Source: Squalus acanthias | Lineage: Eukaryota | Direction: 5' to 3' | NCBI GenBank assembly: GCA_030390025.1 | Contig: CM059438.1 | Span: 60,390,001 to 60,454,000, forward strand | DNA length: 64,000 nucleotides | In this document: positions 47,426 to 60,409 of the stretch, in pieces | How positions within the stretch are numbered: the stretch's first letter is position 1 | Layout: each line of letters starts with the position of its first letter | Position numbers and translations under genes: made by a program | Notes under the pieces: model-generated | Seen by the model: the letters and a program-made list of their open reading frames with translations, nothing else | Database searches by the model: none | What the model was told of the DNA's origin: nothing

Positions 47426-48315
47426 CCACTAATTTTTTTTATAATTAGTGAAATTCTTTAACCAGAGGAAATGAGAATATGTAAAAGTCGTAACCACAGG
47501 GTGATGCCACCTATACTGACCCTTTCTTCCTACACTGTCAGAGGTATCGCTGTCTCTGTTTCTCTTTCTCACAAATAGTTGACCCATACTTCCTTGAAGA
47601 TAAACTTTGCTTTCAAAATTCAACATACACGCAAGATCGGTGTGTTCACCCATTATCAGTTATTGTTTAAGACAATAGCAGGTTGGGATATTAAACCAGA
47701 AACCGGGCAAGGGGGCAGTTAAAATGGAGCCAGTGACTTGCCCTTTGGCCTGCCGCCCCGACCACATTTAAATTGCAGGCACCAAAGACGTCAGCCCATA
47801 GCCGGCGGGGTCCTTGCTAACTCTGCAGATGGAACCCCGACAACGTGATCGCCCCGACTGCAATCTTAACCCCAGGCCTGTGTGGAGAACCCTCAGGCCA
47901 AACCTGTCGGGAGGTGGATCCAGGGCCAGAACAGGCTCAGAATGGCAAATTAAAAAAAAAAATTGGGGTTCCCTGTGGGCCAGGAGGAGCAGGACTGCTG
48001 TAGGCTCATGCCCACTAGAAACTTGATTGAGACTCATTTCACATAGGATCTTTACAGCCAGCAACGAGAGGAGACTCATCCCGTCACTCTCAGCTGAGTT
48101 TGAACCCAGGTCCCAGACGTAAAAGTTCAATGTTCAATCGGTTGTGGATTCTGAAATTTTTACTGGTGTTTTGGGCATCTGTCTACTTTTCCATGGAAAC
48201 TAAATCAGTGGCCTTGTATATATCTGCTTCACTCCTCCTTGGCCGATTGCTATGTTGTTGTCTGGTTACATGGCAGCACTGCTGATTGATTGATTGTAGT
48301 TTGACTCTTCTCCAG

Positions 48316-48383
48316 GTGACACACATCTGCTGGGTTCCTGCAGAATCACTCGTCGTCCAGACGTCAGAGGACAAGATGATCAG
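48316..48383 (+). CDS. WDR31: WDR31 coding exon 6 (VTHICWVPAESLVVQTSEDKMI-R)
   Basis: TTCTCCAG acceptor, GTGGGT donor, 68 nt, phase 0/2. Confidence 0.93.
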
Positions 48384-50371
48384 GTGGGTAAACCATAGCC
48401 CAGTTCACTGAGGTCATTCAGTAAGGATCATTAAACAGGTGTCTTGTGCATGCAGGCAATGTGTGTGTGTGTGTCATTGTGAAATAAAATGTTGTATTAA
48501 ATGCTACATCAATGGCAAAAAGTGAATTTAAAGTGGTTAAGGATGGCTCTTTTTTAGGTCATTGCAGGAGCTTCCTATCTTAACACAGCCCTCCATTCAA
48601 TCTTGACAAGCCTAGTGTGCCTTGCTCCAGCCACTGATGAAAACCAGCTACTAACTGTACAAGATCCTTTTGTCCTCACAGTGTTGTCTTAGAGTACTCG
48701 TTAGCATTGAACCTTTCTGTGGCTGGGGTTTTGACATGCTAACGATGTGCCCTGGCTGCTCGCTGAAAGAGCGGACATTGGGTAATGATACTTGCGAAGC
48801 AATTTAACTTTTTTTTTGTACTTTCCCTTTCTGTTAATTTATTTTGAAACTTGTTATTTAATCAGTGAGTGCCGGTCACCCCATTGAGGAGCTGGTTTAG
48901 TGGAGCTTTTCAGCCTGACGGTACTCAGGAGCTGGATTAACTTTAGTAGGGATAGTCATTTCTTGTATCTGAATAACAAAAAAACCTTTAGGCAGATAGG
49001 TTAAAGGGGTGGTCTGTTACTCGTTTGGGGGAAGATACACGAGGCTAAATTGAGGATATGTCTGACTGTTTGTCAAGGGGTACAGCCGATGAATCTAGAG
49101 ATATGCGTATCCCTTTGGCAGAGGGTGTAGAATATTTTATTCTGGCAAGGGGGATGTTGGACTAGTTCAGGGATGTATGGAACATTTTTGCGGGCCCTAC
49201 AGAAATGCATGTAGCTAGATGCTACTGTGACACAACCTGGCTCCCCTGTGCACTGTGCCAAGGTGTGGTAAGATAAGGGTTGACTATCTAGCTATGTCCT
49301 TCAGTTAGAGATTGACTGTTTCCCCGGCAGAAATAACTGAAAATCAGACAGAGTTGCATCAGGGATTGCACTTGTACACATCTTAGCGTTGGCCAATTTC
49401 AGTTCTACCCTCTTGAGCAGGGAATGGTGTATGTTGCAAGGAAAGACAAAAAAGGTTTAAAAACTTGACCCTGATAGGTCATCTTTGTATGGAATGACTT
49501 CTGCCTGTGTTGCAGTCGATGGAGGAGCTGGTTGGTGTGGCAAAAATTAGGTGCTTTTATCCAGTTTTGATATCGTGGCTATTCCTTTAAACTCAGTCAC
49601 AGTACATAAGTAAGTTTTAAAAAAAAAACAACTGCAGTTCAGTTCTGTGTGCCAAGCTCATTTCAATACATTGCAAATTTTGCCAGTTACAGGCTAGAGA
49701 GAAGAGTAAATCAATCTTGCACAGTTTGTATACGACTGAAGGTTCCTTTTTAAATTTTACTTGTGTACCCAGGAAATTCTAGTAACGCTTTTCTGGGATA
49801 TAAAAGTCTGGATTGCAGGATCAGTATGAAAAGCTCAGACGAGACCGGTCAGTTTGAAAGTCCTGAAAGAGTGAAAAAGTCGCCTTGATTTTCCAAGAAA
49901 CAGTTTAAATTAATTAGACTCCCACTGTTGTAAGAAAAGAAACACTATTGTTTAATTTGTTTGAAAAGTGTTAGCTTAGTTCTTAGAACTGTGATCTTTG
50001 TATTATTTTGTCGACTCGCGCTAAGTGGAAGGATGTCTACTGTAAATATATAACTGTTAGTAATTTGCCTGCTCATCTTTTGTAAAATAAATTTGCTTGA
50101 TATTTTAAATGAGCGCTGATGCAATGCTCTATCATTTTTGAAGACTGGAATGAGATCTTACGGAGTATTAGAATAAATCCAGTAGCTAAACGTGAATAGG
50201 AGGCAGGGTTTACTGTTCATTTCATGTTACTGAAAGTGCATCTGGATCTCAAGGTAAGGATAGACACTCGTGACAGAATGGGGAGTTGGGACTTACCCGT
50301 GAAAGTGATCTAAGATAAGAGAGCTGAAACAATCCAGAAGAACTAGGTTCAAAAAGAGCCAGAAATGTTAA

Positions 50372-50647
<276 letters not shown>

Positions 50648-50717
50648 TGACTGCAGCACAGGTTTGGTCAAGAACTTCGACCGCGTGTGCTTTACATCGA
50701 ATTGCATCAAGTCTACA

Positions 50718-52910
50718 GCATAGAAACAAGCCATTCGGCCCAACTGGTCTATGCCGGCGTGTCTGCTTCTCATGAGCCTCCTCCCACCCCTCTTCCTCTA
50801 ACCCTATCAACATATTATTCTATTCTATTCTTTCCTATCTCATGTGCTTATCTAGAATCCCCTTAAATGCATCTATGCTACTTGCCGCAACTACTACCTG
50901 TGGTAGCGAGTTCCACATTCTAACCACTTTCTGGGTAAAGAAGTTTTTCTTGAATTCCCTATTGGATTTATCAGTGATAATCTGATATTTATGGCCCCTA
51001 GTTTTAGACTCCCCCCACAAGTGGAAACATTTTCTCTATGTCTACCCTATCAAACCCTTTTATTATCTTAAAGACCTCTATCACGTCACCACTCGGGGAC
51101 CTTCTCTTATCTAAAGAGCCCCAGCCTATTCAGTCTTTCCTGATAGTTGTATCCTCACAGTTTTGATATCAACCTTGTGAATCTTTTTTGCACCTTCTCC
51201 AGTGTCTCTATATCCTTTTTTATAATATGGAGACCAGAACTGTGCGCAGTACTCCAAGTGTGGTCTAACCAAGGTTCAATACAAGTTTAATGTAACTTCT
51301 CTGCTTTTCAATTCTATCCCTCTAGAAATGAACCCCAGTGCTTGGTTTGCTTTTTTTAATGGCCATTTTAAACCTGCATCGCTACTTTTAGTGATTTGTG
51401 AATGTGTACCCCTAGATCCCTTTGCTCATTTACTCCATTTAGACTCTTATTATCCAAGCAGTATGTGGCCTCTTTATTCTTCCTCTCAAAATGCGCCACC
51501 TCACACACTTATCTACATTGAAATTCATTTGCTAATTACACGCCCATTCTGCAACTTTATTAATGTCTTCCTGTATTTTGTTGCATTCTTCCTTTGTGTT
51601 AACTACACACCTCTCCCCAATTTGGTGTCGTCTGCAAATTTTGAAATTATACTTCTGCTTCCTGAGTTGAAATTGTTAATGTAAATTGTGAACAACAGTG
51701 GTCCCAGCATTGTTCCCTGTAGAACACCACTTTGCACCTTTTACTAGTCTGAGTAGCTACCCTTAACCCCTATACTCTGTTTTCTGTTTCGTAGCCAGCT
51801 TGCTATCCATTCTGCTACCTGTCCCCTGACTCTACAGGCTCTGACCGTACTCATGAGTCTACTATGCTGTACCTTATTGGAGACCTTTTGAAAATCCAAA
51901 TATATTACATCTACTGCATTGCCCTTGTCTACTCTTTCTGTTACTTCTTCAAAGAATTCAGTAAGGTTGGTCAAGCATGACCTTCTCTTTTGAAATCCGT
52001 GCTGACTGCTCTTTATTATATTTTAGGTTTCTAGATGCTTTTCAACCATATCTTTGAGTAAAGATTCCATTATCTTTCCTACCACCGCCGTTAAGGTAAC
52101 TGCTCCATAGTTCCCAGGACTTGTTCTATCTCCCTTTTTAAATATAGGCATCACATTAACTGTCCATCAGTCCTCTGGCACTATTCCCTTTTCTAATGAA
52201 TTTGTATATCTGTAATAGTGCCTCTGTTATCTCTTCGCTAACTTCTCTTAATATGCGTGGATGCAATCCATCCGGACCAAGGGTTTTTATCCTCTCTAAG
52301 TTTGATTAGTTTATGAATTATCACCCCCCCCCCCCCACCCCCGTTCTATCTCAAATGTCTTAAAATAATTTTTGATCTCTTCTTCTAGTGTCATGCCCAG
52401 CTTGTTAGTCTCCCTGGTAAATACTGAGGAAAAGTAACTATTCAATATTTCTGCCATTTTGCTGTCATTACCTGTAGGTTTATCTTGTGCATCCCTGAGT
52501 GGCCCTATCCCTATCCTGATTTTTCTTTTGTTGTTTGTGTCTATAGAATACTTTACTATTTATTTTTATATTCCTTGAAAATTTAATTTTGTAGTTCCTC
52601 TTTGCTTTCCAAATTGTTTTTGACTTCTTTCTTAACCTTTTCGTATTCCCTTCTGTCGTCCTCTCCTTTGTTGTCTATTGCCTTTTTCTTTAGTTTCAAT
52701 TTTACTCTTATGTCTTTATTCATCTATGGTGTGTCAATTTTAGCTAGTTTGTTCTTGTTTTTTAGAGGAATACATTTCTCCTGAACTCTGTTGATCATCT
52801 CTTTAACTCTTTCCCACTGCTGTTCTATTTTTTTTGTCAATTTTGTTTTCCAGTTTACCTTCCCTAGTTCCATTCTCATCCCCTCAAGATTAGCTTTTTT
52901 CCAACCTGCA
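50718..52910 (-). mobile_element. CR1 LINE, degenerate, in WDR31 intron 7
   Basis: Peptides TNLTEFFEEVTERVDKGNAVDVIYLDFQK and ESKTRGHKY...FFTQKVV. Confidence 0.9.
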
Positions 52911-53170
52911 ACTTTGGTCTTTGTCTTTCTGTGCCATGGAATTCATGCCCCTGATTCCCACGGTAAAAGGTTCCTCGTTTCCACCATCCCAGGCTCGGGA
53001 TCCACTTGGAAAGCTTCCTTCCCACAGTGTGATCGCTGCCTTCACAAACTACACGTCCATGTAAACCGAGGAAAGGAAATGTCCACAGTCGCTCTCCATG
53101 GCAACACAGACAAATACTGGCTCACATAAACTCATTTGTTTGACTTTCCCTTCTCTTCCCTGTCTCCTAG

Positions 53171-53371
<201 letters not shown>

Positions 53372-53430
53372 TGAAACTAGCTTCAATCGGTCTCTTGTAC
53401 CTTGGTTGTACTGTAATCTACAATCTTTCT

Positions 53431-53872
53431 CGGGGAAAGATTGAACAGGCTGGGGCTACTTTCTCTAGAAAAGAGAAGACGGAGGGGTGACCTGATAGAG
53501 GTCTTTAAAATTATGAAAGGGTTTGATAGGGTAGATGTAGAGAAGATCTTTCCACTTGTGGGAGAGACCAAAACTAGGGGCCATAAATATAACATATTCA
53601 CCAATAAATCCAATAGCGAATTCAGGAGAATTCTAACCAGAGAGTGGTTCGAATGTGGAATTCACTACCTCAAGAAGTAGTTGAGGTGAATAGCATAGAT
53701 GCATTTAAGGGGAAGCTAAATAAACACATAAGGGAGATAGCAATAGAAGGTTATGCTGATAGGGTTAGATTAAGAGGGGTTAGAGGAGGCTCGTGTGGAG
53801 CATAAACACTGGCATGGACCTGTTGGGCTGGATGGCCTGTTTCTGTGCTGTAAATTCTATGTAATTCTATGT
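53431..53872 (+). mobile_element. CR1 3' fragment in WDR31 intron 8
   Basis: Peptide RLGLLSLEKRRRRGDLIEVFKIMKG. (AATTCTATGT)n tail at 53854. Confidence 0.9.
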
Positions 53873-54723
53873 ATCTTGGTGATTGAAACGACTCAAAATC
53901 CACATAACAATGTGTAGTATAATCATTGCAAACTGAGGGAAATGGTAACCAATGATAACCAACTGTAAGATTCAGGAGCCGCAGGAGTCTGGATTCCAAA
54001 AACCGAGATTGGTGTAACCGAGTTATTGATGCAGTTCCAGTCTGGTTTGTTTCTTGGTGGGACTGATGTGAGAAACTCACTTCATTCAGATGGATCTCAC
54101 TGCTCAAACATAACACCCTGCCATTTAGAAATATGGCCAGGATGGTGTGAATGCCAGCTGTCCAAGCCCGGGAATGAATTTGGTGCCAACACTTACATGC
54201 AAGCAAGTATATTGGGCAAATACTTCCTCAACGCCTGTCATCAAACAGTAAGTCTATCTGTAGTCGTATTCCAATAGAAGAGCATTTTATTCTTCTTCCC
54301 GCAGATGCTGGTGCTACTGACCAGGGACTGCAGCTTTACCCTGTGGAATTTAAGACTTCTGAGATTGTTTATAACAAAAGCCAATATAAAGCTTAGATGC
54401 CATGTGGTTGTACCCCATTTAGCACCACCTATAAGCTGTGCCATGAAGGAAGAGTGTGGATTCATGTCAGGATCCTCACATGCCGAGTTCCCAATCTTGG
54501 CCATTTCACTGTGTGCAAACCCTGATTGAATGTCAGGTACTTCCCACAGGGTGGAAGGGGTGGTGGTCCCTGGGCTGCTGTTGTAGACCCAACATCTGAT
54601 TTCAGGGTGGCACTAATGAAGTTTTGGTCACAGGTCACCCTCCCTGTTGATGAGTCATTATCTCAAGCCCCTTAAGTTGCAATTGTAAGTCTTAAATTCC
54701 ATAGCTTTGTCATTCCTACCCTT

Positions 54724-55080
54724 ACTGAGGGTCTGCTACACTGTCTGAGGTGCCAACTTTTGGATGAGACATTCACCTGAGGCCCCATCTGCCCTCTTAG
54801 ATTGATGTAAAAGATCCCATTGCGCTATTCCAAGAAGAGCCTGGGAGTTCTCCCCAGTGTCCTAGCCAATATTTATCCCTCAACCAACATCACTAAAACA
54901 GATGGCTCTGGTCATTTATTGCATTGCTGTTTTGTGGGAGCTCGCTGTGTGCAAATTGTCTGCCGCGTTGTCTACATTATAACAGTGACTACACTTCAAA
55001 AAGTGCTTCATTGGCTGTAAAGCACTTTGGAACATCCTGAGGTTGTGAAAACCGCTATATAAATGCAAGTTCTTTCTTTC
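54724..55080 (+). mobile_element. SacSINE1/DeuSINE-like SINE
   Basis: Shared body and tail GCTATATAAATGCAAGTTCTTTC. Confidence 0.82.
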
Positions 55081-55184
55081 TAACAGCATGCTTTAGATGG
55101 ATGAGTGGTGGCTTATACAGGAGGTTACACCAATGAATAATTCAGAATAAACACAGGGAGGGCATCGGGCTTCAATCTAACCGA

Positions 55185-56338
55185 AAGGTGCCACACAAGA
55201 GGTTATTAAACAAAATTAGGGCTCATGGGATTGGGGGTAATATACTAGCATAGATTGAGGATTGGTTAACGGACAGAAAACAGAGAGTAGGAATAAACGG
55301 GTCATTTTCGGGTTGGCAGGCTGTAACTAGTGGGGTACCGCAAGGATCAGTGTTGGGCCTCAGCTATTCACAATCTACATCAATGATTTGGAAGAGGGGA
55401 TCAAATGTAATATATCCAAATTTGCTGATGATACAAAGCTGGGTGGGAATGTAAGTTGTGAGGAGGATGCAAGGAGGCTTCAAAGGGATATAGATAAGCT
55501 AAGTGAGTGGGCAAGAACATGGCAAATAAGAAATGTGAAGTTATCCACTTTGGTAGGAAAAATAGAAAAGCAGAGTATTTTTTAAATGGTGAGAGATTGG
55601 GAAATGTTGGTGTTCAGAGGGACCTGGGTGTCCTTGTACACGAATCACTGAAAGTTAACTTGCAGGTACAGCAAGCAATTAGGAAAGCAAATGGTATGTT
55701 GGCCTTTATTACAAGAGGATTGGAGTATAAGAGTAAAGACGTCTTACTGCAATTATATAGGGCCCTGGTGAGACCACACCTGGAGTATTGTGTACAGTTT
55801 TGGTCTCCTTACCTAAGGAAGGGTATACTTGCCATCAAGGGAGTGCAATGAAGGTTCACCAGACTGGTTCCTGGGATGGGGGGGGATTGTCCCATGAGGA
55901 GAGATTGACTAGACTGGGCCTATATTCTCTATAGTTTAGAAGAATGAGAGGTGATCTCATTGAAACATACACATTTCTTACAGGGCTTGACAGGGTAGAT
56001 GCAGGGAGGATGTTTCCCCTGTCTGGGGAGTCTAGAACCAGGGGTCACAGTCTCAGAATAAGGGGTCGGCCATTTAGGACTGAGATGAGGAGAAATGTCT
56101 TCACTCAGAGGGTGGAGAATCTTTGGAATTCTCTACCCCAGAAGGCTGTGGAGGCTCAGTCTTTGAGTATATTCAAGACTGAGATGGATAGATTTTTGGA
56201 TATTAAGGGAATCGAGGAATATGGGGATAGTGCAGAAAAGTGGAGATGAGATGGAAGATCAGACATGATCTTCTTGAATTGCGGAGCAGGCTCGAAGGGG
56301 CAAATGGCCAACTCCTGCTCCTATTTCTTATGTTCTTA
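55185..56338 (+). mobile_element. CR1 3' fragment (RT C-half, frameshifted)
   Basis: Peptides SKFADDTKLGG, RPHLEYCVQFW, RGDLIETY. (TTCTTATG)n tail. Confidence 0.92.
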
Positions 56339-57267
56339 ACTAGTCAGGATGCTTCTCCACTATAGGACCCAGTGGCTGTGAATAGGCCCTGCATCAATTA
56401 AAGGTTTCTTTCATGGTGTAAAACACAATTATTAGATAAAACATAGCCAAAGGTGATGAAGAAGTTGATAGAAGAACTGCTCTCTATCTGTCTGAACTGT
56501 TACTGAATGCACTGTTCTCAATTAGAGAAAGTGGATATCCCCCTGAGTAAGTGTTTCCCCAAAGGCTGTTCACTGTGGTTTCAGTCAGCGAATGGTCAGC
56601 AACTGCATAGAGGAGCCTGTAAATGGGACTGTTTTAAATATCAATTGATATAAAAAGGAGCAATTCATCTGGGATAAATACTTCCTGTTCGGAGTACTCA
56701 CTCCGGGCTGCTTCCTATAAACAGGGATGAAAACGCTCTGGGTAAGTGCGATCATCTAAAAGCACTTACCCATAGCACGCCCCTAACTTAGTTTGTGTGC
56801 TAAGCATTTTAATTTAAAAAAAATATTTCTGTTTTCTGGAACATTTATCATTTTTTTTGTGCTTTTGCATTTGGAACATCCTGAGGTCTTGAAAGGTGCT
56901 ATATAAAAGCAAGTTATTTCTTTATCTTTCTTATTGAGCTCAGTTTGTTTCAAGAGACACTTGAATAAGCACATAGTCCAGATACTGTGGAGCAGATAGG
57001 ACAGACCCTGCCTTACTCCACCCAGTGTGGAGCGGCCCTGTTAACTGGCATTTTCCACTCCTGTATCTGTATCCCACTTTCCATTTTTTGGTCTCTCTAT
57101 GCCACGCCATTCCTGGTTGAGAGAGTAACTTGCTCCATCCAGTCTCCTCCCAGCCAGCCTCAGTCAGTGAGCGTGGCTCAGCCTCTTTATTTCTTTCAGC
57201 AGCTCCTCCCAGTGGCGCGGGCGAGATTAATAACTGTGCGAAGAGCTCAAACCAGCCAAAAATAAGC

Positions 57268-57620
57268 TCCCTATTTCTGTAACCTCCTCCAGCCCTACAA
57301 GCCTTTGAGATCTCTGCGCTCCTCCAATTCTGGCCTCTTGCACATTCCCGATTTTAATCGCTCCGCCACTGGCGGCCATGCTTTCAGCTGTCTGGGCACT
57401 AAACTCTAGAATTTCCTCCCTAAACCTCTCCACCTCTCTACCTCTCCTCCTTTTAAGATGGTCCTTAAAACCTACCTCTTTGACCAAGCTTTTGGTCACC
57501 AGTCCTGATGCCTCCTTCTGTGTCTTGGTGTCAAAAATGTTTTTATTGATAACGCTCCTGTTAAGCACCTTGGGACATTTTGCTACGTTAAAAGCACTAT
57601 AAATGCAAGTTGTTGTTGTT
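57268..57620 (+). mobile_element. L2 3' fragment
   Basis: Matches 13200-13540. AAATGCAAG(TTG)n tail. Confidence 0.88.
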
Positions 57621-57690
57621 GAGACCAGGTGATTTTTCTTTGAGGTGGAGAGGGTAGCGCCTCTCTTTTTTAAATTCTGTTGAGCGGTAA

Positions 57691-57939
<249 letters not shown>

Positions 57940-58554
57940 GCAAGTCGGAGATGCAACAACATAGCGGAAGAGCTGGGGACCGTTTGTGTCAGGTCCCTAG
58001 CTGAACAGATGGTAGTGGAACACTTGAGGAAGACTGCACAGCAGGACCAGACCAGATACACAAGAGTAGGATACAAATTAAGCAATCGAAGAGCGAAAGA
58101 GCAGTGAGCTCTGTTTTTAGGAAGTTTCCTGTTAGAAATCGTGTCTGTGTGTAATGTGGATCCTCAGGAATGAGGATTAGAACAGTGGTTTAGATTAATT
58201 TACTGCACTGAATTATATCAGGATTGAATTGTTCTAGACTCCCTTGATGGATGGACCATTTAGCCATTGAGTAACTGAGCCACACAGATCAGAATGGGCC
58301 CATGTTTCATTCCTGGTCTGTGCTAAGTTAATTGATCTCAGCTGGGGCAGGAGTAGGACTGCTGCAATTGGCCTCAGAGCTCTGGGTTAGGAATATCAGC
58401 CAGGTTTCTGCTCCTTGTTGCTGCTCGGGAACCCATCCAGGGAGTGCACCTTGGAGGATATAGCTCCCGAGTGGCTTGTGTGTCCACTCCTCTGCTCTGA
58501 ATCTCTCACCAGGTGTAGTTGTTGTTGTTCTAGTGATACGAGTGTTATAAGATA

Positions 58555-59475
58555 ACCCCTGCCCGAGGCTAAGAGAGTGAGGAAGGAAGTTAGGAGAAAT
58601 TTCTTACCCAGGAGGTTGTTGGGAGCATGGAATGCCTTGCCACAGGAAGTGGTTGAGGCAGAGACCATTGGCTCTTTGGATGAATTGAAGCAGAAGACAC
58701 CACGAGGCAATAGGAGGGGAGAAGGACAGTGGGATGAACTTTGGACTGCTCTAGGACAGATACGATAGGCCGAATTACTTCCTTTTAACTTTACTTCCAG
58801 AAAGTTAACATGCAGGTACAGCAAGCAATTAGGAAGGCAAATGGTATGTTAGCCTTTATTGCAAGGGGCTTGGAGTACAAGAGTAAGGAAGTCTTGCTGC
58901 AATTACATAGAGCTTTGGTGAGACAACAACTGGAGTAGTGTGTATAGTTTTGGTCTCCTTACTTAAGGAAGGACCTGCTTGCCTTAGAGAGGGTGCAACA
59001 AAGGTTCAGTAGATTGATTCCTGGGACGAGAGGGTTGTCCTATGAGGAGAGATTGAGTAGGATGGGCCTATATTCTCTGGAGTTTAGAAGAATGAGAGGT
59101 GATCTCAGTGAAACGTATAAAATTCTTAGAGGGCTTGACAGGGTAGATGCTGAGAGGCTGTTTCCCCTGGCTGGAGAGTCTAGAACTAGAGTTCGTAGTC
59201 TCCAGTTAAGGGGTCAGACATTTGGGACTGAGATGAGGAAAACTTTCTTCACTCAGAGGGTTGTGAATCTTTGGAATTCTCTACCCCAGAGGGCTGTGGA
59301 TGCTCAGTCGGAGTATATTCAAGACTGGGGTTGATAGATTTTTGGGCACTAAGGGAATCAAGAGACATGAGGATAGGGCGAGAAAGTGAAGTTGAGGTAG
59401 AAGTTCAGCCATGATCTTATTGAATGGCGGAGCAGGCTCGAGGGGCTGTACAGCCTACTCCTGCTCCTTCTTGTG
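58555..59475 (+). mobile_element. Two CR1 3' fragments (old at 58555-58790; younger at 58800-59475) downstream of the WDR31 stop
   Basis: Peptides RRNFLPRR..WNALPQEVVEA and RRMRGDLSETYKILRG...FFTQRVVNLWNSLP. Confidence 0.87.
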
Positions 59476-60409
59476 TTTGAATATATTGTAAACTTCTACA
59501 ATTCCATGAGGCAGTGTCGTTTTGCACACTGCTGACTCCGTTATCTCTGTGATGTCATTACTGGCAAATGTAGTATGTTATGTAGTTACACAGTGACATA
59601 GCCCACTTGATTGGAGCCTCCGCTCAGTGGTGTTATGCTAAGGGAGCAAAGTACTGAGAACTCTATCAGTAGGTTCCGCCAATCTGTTGTTGTGCTCCAT
59701 GCAGTAATGGTGTTAGTAAAGCATGGTAAATAACAGAAATAATGTAGCTACAGAAGGGGGAGTGGTGATGATGTAACACAGCACTGACGTAACACTGCTG
59801 ACTGACCACCTCAACCTGGTACTGTTTGGCTTGTATATCACTCCTCTACACGTGTACTATAAACTGGGTAAGTGGTGCCCACCATAGCAGGTATCTGCAC
59901 CAAAAAAGCAGCGTTAGTGACTGAAGAATTGGTATTTAATATGTCCTTTCCGTCCCATTTGTATGGAACACATCTCCTGTGCAATCTACATCCAGCTCCC
60001 ATACAGTATGTGAATGAGCCGCTTTTATATGGTGTGTAGTGTACATTGCTGGATTACTATTGTGACAGTCCCTTGTGATACACCTGTCCAAGCAGTGGGC
60101 ACCAAAGCAAGTTACCCTTCCTGTACCCCAGGAAATTACGCGCTGGGTGCAAGGTGTAAATAACTTTGTTTTAATGAGCATAGAAATGAAAGGTAAAATG
60201 CTGATCTTAATCATAGATTTTTAAAAATGTAATTTATATCAGTGTTAAAAGAAAAATAGTTTTGGGATGATTGAACAATATTGCACCTGACTGAGTGCTT
60301 TAAAAAAAATCATATGAAGGTTTCTAATGTCTTGTGATTTCTGGTATTATAAACATAATTTGCAATGGGGACCACGGCAAATAGACTATTCTATACTGAT
60401 TTGATCATG

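Noticed and set aside
57940..60400. WDR31 polyadenylation site
   Set aside because: No clear AATAAA with downstream element found by eye, so the 3' end is left uncalled.
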